The notes beneath the pieces are model-generated. The model made no database searches, was not told the origin of the DNA, and was given only the letters and a program-made list of their open reading frames with translations. From Octopus sinensis (lineage: Eukaryota), in the NCBI RefSeq assembly GCF_006345805.1, contig NW_021832580.1, positions 2,144 through 66,143 of the forward strand: a stretch of DNA of 64,000 bases. The letters are read 5' to 3'. The position numbers and the translations under genes are program-made. Of this stretch, positions 37,728 to 50,157 are shown piece by piece. Numbering within the stretch: position 1 is the stretch's first letter; each line of letters starts with the position of its first letter.

Positions 37728-37888
37728 ATTTCAAATTCCGCCGAGGTCGACTTTGCCTTTCATCCTTTCGGGGTCGATAAATTAAGTACCAGTTACGCAC
37801 TAGGGGGTCGATGTAATCGACTTAATCCGTTTGTCTGTCCTTGTTTGTCCCCTCCTGTGTTTAGCCCCTTGTGGGCAGTAAAGCAATA
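37728..37888 (+). mobile_element. 5'-truncated Meta-like SINE
   Basis: Box B remnant, core and tail. Confidence 0.85.
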
Positions 37889-39191
37889 TATATATATCAT
37901 AAGAGATGTGTATGTGTATAAAAATATATGTGTTAAGGCGTACACAGCATCCATAACCTGAAGGCGCTTAACGTATTATTTACGGTACATGTTCAAATAA
38001 AAACGATTTAGTATTTGCGATAAATCGATGGGGCTTTCTCCCCCCTCTCTCACAAGTGTTAAGTTATGTGTAACCATTTCGCAACCGTGTGCGTCTCAAA
38101 CGGCTCCCGTTGATGGCTTTTTTTTTGTATGTAAGGCAAAACTTAGTATAAATTAAAGCAAATTTTACTCCGGTTTTGGTAATATTCATTTGCGAAATAT
38201 TTTCAAATGTGTTCCTACGAAATAAATACACGCACAAACACACACACACATATATATGTTATACACACATACACACACACCAGGGCAGGAGAGATGGATG
38301 TCGTAACCCTATGTGTCCCTTAATAATTTGTACGCGTGACAGAAAGTAAAGGAGAGAGGGTTTTAAAGGCCTTGAACCTTCCTATATATTTGTATAGTTT
38401 GAGGAATGAAAGCAAAGTGAAAAATTATACGAAAGCCCGTTTTACTTACTATAATCTAATCGCAAAACACACACACATACACATCTCTCAACGAAGGGTA
38501 CTCTACGTGGTTGCTCGGGCCGCTAGAAATAGAAACGAAACAGAACAGCTCACAAATCATGTTTTATTTTCTTATAACATCGAAGAACAAATTGGATATT
38601 ACAAGTCCTAGATACACAAACACCGTGATAGCTGAATTATGCTTCCATTTAAAAAAAAAAAAGATTTGAATACCAGATTTGGTGGAGAGAAAAAAACTGG
38701 AACGCCTTGGGTTATATATCTGCTCAGTCAGGGATGACATGGGCTAAACAACACACAGACATACACGAGGTATTTCATAATGACAAGTCCGGTGGCCTTC
38801 GGTTTATATGCATTACACACGCTTTCCTTAATAAATGCGCTTCTTCCAGTCCAGGTCACTTGCGGCGCGCGTGTTTATATATATATATATATATGTAAAT
38901 TTAAACTAATAAGGGTTGAAATTTGAATATTAATTCGATTAATATCAATTTAAAGCCAGTGGTCGAGCATATAGAAATATCTGAAGATTCAGAAAAATTA
39001 TATTAATTACAGATAAGAGGGATGACCACTAAGTGGACGTCCATTATGCTAGAAGTCGACCCCCTTAATAGATGTCCACTTAGTGGTCATGCCTCTTTAT
39101 ATATATATATTATATAATATTATATATATATATATATTATTATGATTTATATGTGAGTGAATTTGGTAGGCGGAAACTAAAGTAGCCCGTT

Positions 39192-39252
<61 letters not shown>

Positions 39253-39432
39253 TATATATATATGTTGTGTTGTGTGTGTGTGTATTTATGTGTGTATGTC
39301 TTTGTGTCTGTGTTTGTACTCCCCACCATCGCTTGACAAACGATGTTGGTGTGTTTATGTCTCCGAAACTTAGCGGTTCGGCAAAAGAACAGATAGAATA
39401 AGTAAGTACTAGGCTTACAGCGAATATATATA

Positions 39433-39478
<46 letters not shown>

Positions 39479-39634
39479 AGAGAGAGAGAAGACGGGAGGA
39501 AGACCATAGAAAGTCGGGATGTATGAGAGGTGAATATATTTATTTAAGCACTTGGCAACGAAAAGATTGGGTCCACTAGAAGAGCTTTCCTCTGACTCCC
39601 ACAAGATTCCATAAATCCATATATCGCAGAACAA

Positions 39635-39680
<46 letters not shown>

Positions 39681-40329
39681 TCATAAATACTTGACATGCT
39701 ATGGGTACACAAAAGCGATCTTGATAAGCTGGCCTGACTAGTCAAGCGGGGCCCCTGGTATATAAATGCATTGTCAAAATTTTACAATATTGCTGTATCA
39801 CAAAACTCCACCGAACACACGTGAGGCTGTTTTCGTTGATACGTATTATAAGATTAGTCACTATTGTACCTGTACAACAATAAAAATTGTGGTGTCTACC
39901 ATTCGATGATTTCATATCTTTTCAAACGGTTAATGCCACCCGTCCTGCTAAGGTCACCGTTGACATCTTTTTCTAAACTCTGCTGTCAACACGTATCGGT
40001 TTCTGTATATGGACCAAAGTGCACTCTCAACATTTAGAGTATGGTTCTATCTGCGCGGAAATCAAACTCACTTATAAGTGCGTGTGTGTGTGTGCGTACA
40101 TGTGTATAGGTGTGTGTATTCGATATAAGTGTACATGTTCATATGTTATACATACATACATATATGTGTGTGTGTATGTGTGCATATATATATGTGTGTA
40201 TTTATTATATTATTATATGTGTATATATATATATATGTGTGTGTATGTGTATATATATATATATGTGTGTGTATATATATACATAATATGTGTGGATATA
40301 TATGTGTTATATATATATATATATGTGTG

Positions 40330-40362
<33 letters not shown>

Positions 40363-40575
40363 ATATATATTTATGTATATATATAGTGTGTGTATATGTA
40401 TATATATGTGTGTGTGTATATGTATATATGTGTGTGTATATATATATGTGTGTGTGTATATGTATATATATGTATGTGTGTGTATATGTATATATATGTA
40501 TATATTATATATATATATATAAATGTATGCATGCGTATATACATATGTATACATGCATGTGTGTGTGTGCATGTA

Positions 40576-40932
40576 TGGCTGTGTGGTAAGTAGTGTGCTT
40601 ACCAACAGCATAGTTCCGGGTTCAGTCCCACTGCGTGGCACCTTGGGTAAGTGTCTTCTACTATAACCCCGGGCCGACCAAAGCCTTGTGAGTGGATTTA
40701 GTACAGGGAAATATAATATGTATGCATGTATATGTTTGTCCACCAACACAACCACCGCCATTGTTTGACAACCGATGTTGGTGTGTTTACGTCCCCGTAA
40801 CTTAGCGGTTCGGCATAAGACACCAATAGAATAAGTACTAGGCTTACAAAGAATAAGTCCTGGGATCGATTTGTTCAACTAAAGGCGGTGCCCCAGCATG
40901 GCCGCACTCAAATGACTGAAACAAATTAAAGA
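40576..40932 (+). mobile_element. CORE-like SINE family A
   Basis: Full structure with an altered centre. Confidence 0.8.
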
Positions 40933-40980
40933 ATATATATATATATATATATATAATATATATGTATACGTGTGTATATA

Positions 40981-41190
40981 CATCATCATCGTTTAACGTC
41001 CGCTTTCCATGCTAGCATGGGTTGGATGATTTTGACTGAGGGCTGGCGAACCAGATGGCTGCACCAGGCTCCTATCTTGATCTGGCAGAGTTTCTACAGC
41101 TGGATGCCCTTCCCAGCGCCAACCACTCCGAGAGTGGAGTGGGTGCTTTTACGTGCCACCGGCACAGGGGCCAGTCAGGTGTCACTGGCA
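40981..41190 (-). mobile_element. (GAT)n-tailed retroposon family D, 3' part
   Basis: Minus strand GAAGGGCATCCAGCTGTAGAAAC...CCAACCCATGCTAGCATGGAAAGCGGACGTTAAAC(GAT)n. Further copies at 44527, 48010, 51150 and 51905. Confidence 0.75.
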
Positions 41191-41208
41191 ACGACCTTCC
41201 TCGAATCT

Positions 41209-41239
<31 letters not shown>

Positions 41240-41349
41240 GTACACACACACAAATATATACATATATATATGTATATACATTTTAAAAAATTTTTATCTT
41301 TATATTTTATCTAGTTTCAGCTCACGAGCTGTGGCCATGCTGGAGCACC

Positions 41350-42326
41350 CAGATATATGTATATACATAAATATGTATATACATATATATGTATATATAT
41401 ATATATATGTGTATATACATATATATGTGTATATACATATATATGTGTATATACATATATATGTGTATATATATATATATAGTTATATATGTGTGTATAT
41501 ATATATCATTATGTCTGTATATATATATGTATATATATATGTGTGTATATATATAAATGTATATATATATATATGTGTGTATATATATAAATGTATATAT
41601 ATAATAATGTATATATATATATGTATATATATATATGTATATATATATATATAGTTATATATGTGTGTATATAGATATCATTATATGTGTGTATATATAT
41701 ATCATTATATGTGTGTATATATATAATGTATATATATATATAATGTGTGTATATATAATGAATATATATATAATATGTATATATATATGTATATATATGT
41801 GTGTGTATATTATATGTTATATATATATATTGGTAATATATATGTGTATATATATATGTGTATATATATATGTATATAATATATATGTATATATTATATG
41901 TATATATATGTGTGTATGATACATGTATATATATGTGTGTATATATATATGTATATATATATATGTATATATATATATGTATATATATGTGTGTATATAT
42001 ACATGTATATATATGTGTGTATATATATATGTTATATATATATGTATATATATATATTTGTTATTTATATATTGGTGTATATATATATGTATATATATGT
42101 GTTATATATGTGTGTATATATATATATATATGTATATATATATGTGTATTTATATGTGTATATATATATATATGTGTATATATATGTGTGTATATATGTG
42201 TGTATATATATATATATGTATATATATATGTGTATTTATATATGTGTATATATATATATATTGGTATATATATGTGTATTTATATATGTGTATATATATA
42301 TATATGTGTATATATATATGTATATA

Positions 42327-42357
<31 letters not shown>

Positions 42358-42538
42358 GTATATACATGTATATGTGTGTATATATATATATATATGTATA
42401 TACATGTATATGTGTATATATATATTTATATGTATATACATGTATATGTGTATATATATGTATATACATGTATATGTGTATATATATGTATATGTGTATA
42501 TATATATCTATATATATGTGTGTATATGTATACATGTG

Positions 42539-42569
<31 letters not shown>

Positions 42570-42626
42570 GTATGTATTAACATATACATGTGTATATATA
42601 TATGTATATACATACACATTTGTATG

Positions 42627-42658
<32 letters not shown>

Positions 42659-42710
42659 ATATATGTGTGTGTGTATGTATGTATGTATGTATTTTGTATG
42701 TATGTATGTG
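41350..42710. repeat. ~1.35-kb degenerate (TA)/(TG) mosaic microsatellite
   Basis: Almost pure alternating purine-pyrimidine sequence. Similar tracts lie at 29240-29545 and 40140-40570. Confidence 0.95.
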
Positions 42711-44526
42711 CATTTGATAGGTCTGCCGGCAGCCTTATCTTAGTCAAATATATAAATGTTATATTTTGCTGAAAAGTAATGTCAATCTCCAGTCTAATGT
42801 TCAACTGTTTTTTCTGTTTACTTTAATTAAAAACAACCTTTAAAAAAATATTAAATATACATACACACGTACTTGCGTACCTAAGTGCGAGTGTATATTG
42901 TGTTTATGTACTTCTCGTCGACAGTGAATAGTTGCCAAAAATATAAAAGAAAAAAAAAACATCTCCAAATATCCGTTAATACCTGAAAATTGCGATTATA
43001 TATAATTTGGTGGCGAGAATTATATGACTACGATGATGATGATGATAGTAATATTAAATAACCGTTCGTTTTTAATTGGTATAGGGACGTCGAATGAAAG
43101 GTTTATTACGAAAAGCAGGTTACATAAAACGTTGCGTTGGTTTGGGGCGGGGATTAGAGAGATCGAACGAAAGAAGAAATCAATCGAATTAAAAGAAAAT
43201 ACTGAGGTCGATTGTGAAAACAATATTTGTGTTAAATTGCTGTTTTCGTAAACCTTTTTTGTTGTTTTTTTTTTTTTAAATTTGTTTTCGCATTGTTTGT
43301 CGAAAACGAAAATATCGCCAATAGGGACCCCTTCTACCTGATCGCTCCGCGTCTGAAATAGCAGCTAAGTCTTTCGTAGATCATACACCTTCGAAAGAAT
43401 GAAATAAGTGTTTGTTCATCGTGTGACCCTTAAAAAAATATATAGGACAGGTCATGAGTGAATTATATCTCTGATCGTAGCTCTCGGCTCGATCGGGGTT
43501 GACCTGGATGTAAACAGCAACAGCGAATACGGGTTTTTGGTGATTTGTTAAAGAGAGAAAATGATGCGATACGAATGCTGTGTGTGTGTGTGTGTGTGTG
43601 AAGACTATGGCAGAAGACCAATTTACGTAAAGAGGAGGAGAAGAAGAAGAAGTGGAAAGAGAGTGTATCGATTGGAAAATATCATTATAGTTGAGTGAAC
43701 GACCTGATAGCAGGATGGAGGTGTGGGGGAAACGAACAGCGGAGGTTGCGGCCGAGTTTTTGAGAAGATGGAGGTCAGGTGGGTGATCGTCAATCAAAAT
43801 AGAGTACCAGTCAAGTACTGGGATCGATTTAATCGATTAACCTCATTCCCTTTCAAAATCGTTCGCCTCTTGCCTAAATTACAAGCCTGGCCTTGTAGGA
43901 GAAGAAAGGGCTATGTCCATGCATGTATTCTGAAGGTATGGCTGCACAGGGTCAGTTGCCCGGGGGCCGCACACCGATTTAGGGACCCACTTCTGATCTA
44001 TGTTTATTGTGGCTTGCAGTCAAAAAAAAAAAAAATGCCATAGGACCCAATGCATTGATGTTTGCTAAAGGGTGTCATGGGTTGAGGGGCACAATTCCGA
44101 TCTATCTATGCTGTTTCTTACCGTCAATAAAGAAATACTATAGGGCCCAAGTGTGTTGGTTAGTCCAAAGACCTCATGAGTTAAGGGCCCCAATTCTGAT
44201 CTATGTATGCTATGACTTGCTGTCATAGGACAAATACTACAGAACCCTGTAGGTTTGTCCTAGGGGCCTATAATGCTACTAAGACTGCCCTAAGGTCCAA
44301 GAACCTTTTTTTTTGAGTTTCCAGCATTAGGGACCTGATCTGAGTGCCTGGAGCAGCATAACCTGTTAAAGGTGCTAATGAGGCCAACCTGTTAAAGGGG
44401 ATAGTGTTCATAACCCGGGCTATGACAGGTTAAGTACACTGAGCTGACTTCTGTTGTTGTTCAAAGTATGAACTTCACATTTTCCGCTCTCCCTCTCACC
44501 TTATGTGTTTGTAGCCCTCACCTGCC

Positions 44527-45115
44527 TACATCATCACCATCATTTAACGTCCGTTTTCCATGCTAGCATGGGTTGGACGGTTCGACCGGGGTCTGGTAAG
44601 CCATGGAGGCTGCCCCAGGTTCCAGTCTGGTCTGGCAGTGTTTCTACAGCTGGATGCCCTTTCTAACGCCAACCACTCCGTGAGTGTAGTGGGTGTTTTT
44701 TTTTTTTTACGTGCCACCGGCACAGGGGCCAGAACAGCCTGGTAAACGGCCACAATCGGTTGGTGCTTTTACGTGCCACCGACACGGATGCCAGTCAGGC
44801 AGCGCTGGCGTCTGCCACGTTCGGATGGTGCTTTTTACGTGTCACCGGCACAAGAGCCAGAGCAGGCTGGCAAGGGGCCACGATCGGTTGGTGCTTTTAC
44901 ATGTTACCGACACGGATGCCAGTCAGGCGGCGCAGGCATCTGCCACGTTCGGATGGTGCTTTTTACGTGTCACCGGCACAGGGGCCAGAGCAGCCTTGCA
45001 AGGGGCCACGATCGGTTGGTGCTTTTACGTTCCACCGACACGGACGCCAGTCAGGTGGCGCGGGCGTCTGCCACATACGGACGGTGCTTTTTACGTGTCA
45101 CCGGCACGGAGGTGT
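44527..45115 (-). mobile_element. Retroposon family D with an internal 128-bp (B-A)x3 higher-order repeat
   Basis: A units start at 44762, 44890 and 45018, alternating with B units. All share GGTGCTTTT(T)ACGTG.CACCG. Confidence 0.8.
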
Positions 45116-45324
45116 CTTAACTACAATTTCCATTTGATTCGATTATTTTCAAGTACCATGACTGTATGATTAAGAAGTTTGCTTCTGATCCACATGATTT
45201 CAGGTTCAATCCCTACCTTGGGCAAGTGTCATCTACTGTTGTGCTGAACTGCTGAATTTGGTATTCAGAAACTGAAAGAAGTGCATTGTGTGTGTGTGTG
45301 TGTGTGATTGTGTATGTGTATGTA

Positions 45325-45729
45325 CTCTTACTCTTTACTTGTTTCTGTCATTTGGCTGCGGCCATGCTGGAGCACCGCCTTTAGTCAAGCAAATCGACCC
45401 CGGGACTTATTCTTTGTAAGCCCAGTACTTATTCTATCGGTCTCTTTTGCCGAACCGCTAAGTGACGGGGATGTAAACACACCAGCATCGGTTGTCAAGC
45501 AATGCTAGGGGGACAAACACACAAACATACACACAAATACATATATATATATATATACATATATACGACAGGCTTCTTTCAGTTTCCGTCTACCAAATCC
45601 ACTCACAAGGCTTTTGGTTGGCCCGAGGCTATAGCAGAAGACACTTGCCCAAGATGCCACACAGTGGGACTGAACCCTGAACCATGTGGTTGGTAAGCAA
45701 ACTACTTACCACGCAGCCACTCCTGCGCC
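45325..45729 (-). mobile_element. CORE-like SINE family A
   Basis: Reverse complement of the full structure. Confidence 0.85.
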
Positions 45730-45956
45730 TGTATGTGTATGTGTGAGTATCTGTGCATATGTAATGTGTTTCTTTTCTTGACACTGCATGTTTATTGCAA
45801 ACAAATGTAAACTACATTATTTACATTCGACGGATATTTGTCCTCATCTTGTTTGTTGTTAACACAGTGTTTCAGCTGATATACCCTCCAAGCTTTCTTC
45901 GGGTGACTTGGGGGAAATTTCGAACCTAGGTTCTCATTCCTAAGGTATTTTTCAAT

Positions 45957-46361
45957 ACTCTTTTACTCTTTTACTTGTTTCAGTCATTTGACTGTGGCCA
46001 TGCTGGACCACCGCCTTTAATCGAGCAACTCGACCCCAGGACTTATTCTTTCGTAAGCCCAGTATTTTTTCTATCGGTCTCTTTTTGCCGAACCGCTAAG
46101 TAACGGGGACATAAACACACCAGCATCGGTTGTCAAGCAATGCTAGGGGGACAAACACACACACACAAACACACACACGCATATATATATATATACATAT
46201 ATATACGACGGGCTTCTTTCAGTTTCCGTCTACCAAATCCACTCACAAGGCATTGGTCGGCCCGGGGCTATAGCAGAAGACACTTGGCCAAGATGCCACA
46301 TAGTGGGACTGAACCCAGAACCATGTGGCTGGTTAACAAGCTACTTACCACACAGCCACTC
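45957..46361 (-). mobile_element. CORE-like SINE family A nested in the Penelope relic
   Basis: Reverse complement of the full structure. Confidence 0.85.
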
Positions 46362-46772
46362 AATGTTGTTAACTTTTTCAAGTTCCACTTGAAAAGGAAG
46401 ATGAGAGTAGAGAGGGAAGTGCTGTCTCGTAGTAAATTTATTGAAAGGTGGGTGAATGTCGGAAGAATGGCCAGTATGAAGGGACCAATTCTGAGGATAC
46501 ACCTGTGACAAAAAAGGTAAATATAAAAGGAGAGAAGGGCTCTCTACCCCCTTTTTGACCAGGCTCCCGTGGCTTTTATGGGTTTTTCCACGAGTAATCT
46601 TTCGAAGTGCCTCCCCCTATTGGGAGTTTTTACTTGATATATTTTCGTTGTTATCTTGCATTTTTACACGGACTTTTCAAACGGACAAAACCCTTTTTGT
46701 AACTTTCGTCCAGTATTTTGTCCTTACATGTTTTATTTGATTTTTGTTAGCCCTTGTGGCCAATAAACGAAT
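46362..46772 (+). mobile_element. Tx1/L1-like LINE 3' end
   Basis: NVVNFFKFHLKRKMRVEREVLSRSKFIERWVNVGRMAS...IHL* resembles Tx1 ORF2 C-termini (F...R..LE......F..RW). A pyrimidine-rich 3' UTR ends TGTTAGCCCTTGTGGCCAATAAACGAATT plus (ATT)n. A tail-only copy lies at ~37095-37160 (-). Confidence 0.6.
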
Positions 46773-47507
46773 TAATTATTATTATTATTATTATTATTAT
46801 TGTTCAGGTCAGTACCTGGAATCGAACTCGGAATTTTAGGGTTAGTAGCCATATGCCCATGGGCAATTATGGAGTGAATTTTAGGGCTTATAAATCTAAT
46901 ATTTTCCTATCCTTCCTTAACACTGGTTCCCATATGCTACTCATATCTGCACTCGGTCTGCTTAGAAGGTTGTTTTGTCCTAGCATATGTGCTGCTTCTT
47001 TTAGTTTTCGTATTTTCCAGTGGTGTTCTCTGTCTATTATTTTAACTTCATCCCATAGGGGGAGGTGGTCTCCATTTTTCTATACATGATCAGCTGTACC
47101 CGATTTATCAATATCTCCTCATGTCACAGCTTTACGATGTTCCTCTACCCTTATTTTGAGGGGGGCAGCATGTTTCACCTTTGTATAACCTACCACAGCT
47201 GCATGGGATGGAGCACACGCAGTCTTTGGTCATATTCTCTTCTATTGGCGGAAATATCTGCAAAGTGTTGTATTACTCTTTAAAATGAGGCCATGCTGGG
47301 GCACATCCTTGAAGAATGTTTAGTCAAATGAATTGACCCCCATTAATTTCTGTTTTTTAAGCCTGATATTTATTTTATCGATATCTCTTGCTGAACTGCT
47401 AAGTTATGGGAACACAAGCACACCAACACCAGTTGTCAAGCAGTGGTCAAGATACAAACACAGACACAAAGACTCAAACTCAGATATATGTATGTGGCAA
47501 TTATTCG

Positions 47508-47674
47508 GTAGCCATGATAATATTCTGAGTTTCGGATGTCAGGACGGAAACCCATGCTGCCATCTCTTCAGTTATTGGGCCATTGAAAAATTTTTCCGAT
47601 GGCCTGATAACTGAAGAGATGGTGGCGTGGGTTTCCGTCCTGACATCCAAAACTCGGAGATTTATCATGGCTAC
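47508..47674. repeat. Inverted pair of Penelope-type pLTR/hammerhead units (second family)
   Basis: Arms 47508-47580 and 47601-47674. Reconstructed consensus: TGATAA CTGAAGA GATG..CATCC GAAA CTCGGAG T T TTATCA. Confidence 0.75.
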
Positions 47675-48009
47675 ATGTCATATGGGCCGCGTATCTTTTG
47701 TATCTTTTCGGAGAGGCCTTTCACATAGAGTAGACAGACTGTGGACAGTTTACTGACCTCATTCTCTCTCTTCTTCATAATTGGGGTGGATAGTATACTT
47801 TTGGGGTAGTTGTTGTTTAACAGATCGTTATTGAGCTTGATCATTTCTTTGTGGTGAATCGCTAGAGCATCAAGCAAAAATGCCTTGAAATATTTGTTCT
47901 GCCTTTTTACAGATCTAGATCCCTTTTGGGACAGGTTACTTCAGTTTATATCCCTATTTTCCATCATTCTGCATAAACTCCTACCTCTTTTGTAATCAAA
48001 ATCAAATTC

Positions 48010-48686
48010 GATGACTGGCGTCCGTGCTAGCGGAGTGCAAAGAGCACCATACGAGTGTGATCATTGACAGAGTGGCTAACCGGCTTCCGTGCCAGTGGCA
48101 CTTAAAAGGCACCCTTCAAGCGTGATCGTTACCAGCGTCGCCTTACTGGCACTCGAGCCCCGTGCTAGTAGTGTATTAAGAGCACCATCCGAACGTGATC
48201 GTTGCCAGAGCGGCTATCTGGCCTCCGTGTCGGTGGCACGTAAAAGACGCCTTTCGAGCGTGATCGTTACCAGCATCACCTTACTGGCACCTGTGCCAGT
48301 GGCATGTGTAAAAGATTCGAGTGAGGTCATTGCCAGTACCGCCTGACTGGCCCTTGTGCCGTGGCACGTAAAAGGGCACCATTCCAGCGTGATCGTTACC
48401 AACGTCGCTTCACTGGCACCTGTGCCGGTGGCATGTGTAAAAAGATTTGAGCAAGGTCGTTGCCAGTGCCATCTGACTGGCCCCTCTGCCGGTGGCACGT
48501 AAAAAGCATCCACTACATTCTCGGAGTGGTTGGCGTTAGGAAGGGCATCCAGCTGTAGAAACTCTGCCAGATCAAGATTGAAGCCTGGTGCAGCCATCTG
48601 GTTCACCAGCCCTCAGTCAAATCGTCCAACCCATGCTAGAATGGAAAGCGGACGTTAAACGATGATGATGATGATGATGATGATGA
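48010..48686 (+). mobile_element. Retroposon family D, long copy with internal repeats
   Basis: CGTGATCGTTACCAGCGTCGCCTTACTGGCAC-type units at ~48121, 48261 and 48388, ending in a (GAT)n tail. Confidence 0.8.
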
Positions 48687-48999
48687 ATGACCCCTTGTCT
48701 ATTTGTGGATTAGTAAAATGTTTATAACTTCAGACAAAAAACCTTCCAGTATTTGTTTTAGCTCTTTACTGTTTGAGTTCTAGTTTCATCAAGACCCCTT
48801 TTTATCTTTCATCCTTTCAGGAGTGAATAAAATAGAAAGTACTAATAAAAATAAAGTACCAGTCAAGTACTGTAGTTGATGTAATCTATTAATCACTCCC
48901 ATCTGACCTTGTACTTAAATTAGAAACAATATTGTTATTATTAACTAGCTGGCCTCATGCCATCAAAAGTGACAGCTAATTGTAGTATTTTATATATAA

Positions 49000-50157
49000 G
49001 GCGGCGAGCTGGCGGAATCGTTAGTACGCCGGGCGAAATGCGTAGCCGTATTTCGTCTGCCGTTACGTTCCGAGTTCAAATTCCGCCGAGGTCGACTTTG
49101 CTTTTCATCTTTTCGGGGTCGATGAATTAAGTACCAGTTACCCACTGGGGTCGATGTAATCGGCTTAGTCCGTTTGTCTGTCCTTGTTTGTCCTCTCTGT
49201 GTTTAGCCCCTTGTGGGTAATAAAGAAATAGGTATTTCGTCTGCCGTTACATTCTGAGTTCAAATTCTGCCGAGGTCGACTTTGCTTTTCATCCTTTTGG
49301 GGTCGATAAATTAAGTACCAGTTACCCACTGGGGTCGATGTAATCGACTTAGTCCGTTTGTCTGTCCTTGTTTGTCCCCTCTATGTTTAGCCCCTTGTGG
49401 GTAGTAAAGAAATAGGTATTTCGTCTGCCGTTACATTCTGAGTTCAAATTCTGCCGAGGTCGACTTTGCTTTTCATCTTTTCGGGGTCGATGAATTAAGT
49501 ACCAGTTACCCACTGGGGTCGATGTAATCGGCTTAGTCCGTTTGTCTGTCCTTGTTTGTCCTCTCTCTGTGTTAGCCCCTTGTGGGTAAAAGAAATAGGT
49601 ATTTCGTCTGCCGCTACGTTCTGAGTTCAAATTCTGCCGAGGTCGACTTTGCTTTTCATCCTTTATCCTTTCGGGGTCGATAAATTAAGTACCAGTTACC
49701 CACTGGGGTCGATGTAATCGACTTAATCCGTTTGTCTGTCCTTGTTTGTCCTCTCTGTGTTTAGCCCCTTGTGGGTAATAAAGAAATAGGTATTTCGTCT
49801 GCCGCTACGTTCTGAGTTCAAATTCCGCCGAGGTCGACTTTGCTTTTCATCCTTTCAGGGTCGATAAATTAAGTACCAGTTACGCACTGGGGTCGATGTA
49901 ATCGACTTAGTCCGTTTGTCTGTCCTTGTTTGTCCCCTCTGTGTTTAGCCCCTTGTGGGTAGTAAAGAAATAGGTATTTCGTCTGCCGCTACGTTCCGAG
50001 TTCAAATTCCGCCGAGGTCGACTTTGCTTTTCATCCTTTTGGGGGTCGATAAATTAAGTACCAGTTACCCACTGGGGGTCAATGTAATCGACTTAATCCC
50101 TTTGTCTGTCCTTGTTTGTCCCCTCTGTGTTTAGCCCCTTGTGGGTAGTAAAGAAAT
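49000..50157 (+). mobile_element. Meta-like SINE hexamer (one head, six 183-191-bp bodies)
   Basis: Bodies start at 49048, 49231, 49415, 49598, 49789 and 49973. All junctions read AAAGAAATA|GGTATTTCG. Confidence 0.95.

Larger units (their letters stand above)
45810..47900 (-). pseudogene. Penelope-like element relic (linker, GIY-YIG endonuclease, 3' UTR, pLTR with hammerhead) carrying nested insertions
   Basis: LNNNYPKSIL...VCLLYVKGLSEKIQKI (47877-47690), then KDCVCSIPCSCGRLYKGETCCPLKIRVEEHRKAV.GDIDKSGTADHV.KNGDHLPLWDEVKIIDREHHWKIRKLKEAAHM (47280-46880). A degenerate hammerhead pLTR lies at 45810-45950. Confidence 0.85.

Noticed and set aside
41858-42743. Long ORFs (240-281 aa) rich in Y/I/M/C/V
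   Set aside because: They are translations of TA/TG microsatellite, which lacks stops in several frames. The same applies to most ORF-track entries at 139-1500, 7000-8600, 10268-11089, 15854-16326, 27411-30929, 35484-35844, 40019-40589 and 58999-61160.
43381-43797. 138-aa minus-strand ORF in a CpG-richer block
   Set aside because: It includes CA and GAA repeats and has no recognisable domain or convincing splice signals.
49048-50157. SINE array as a hammerhead retrozyme or CRISPR-like array
   Set aside because: Neither strand of the unit contains a CUGANGA/GAAA core. The units are contiguous with no unique spacers, and the context is eukaryotic with no cas genes.
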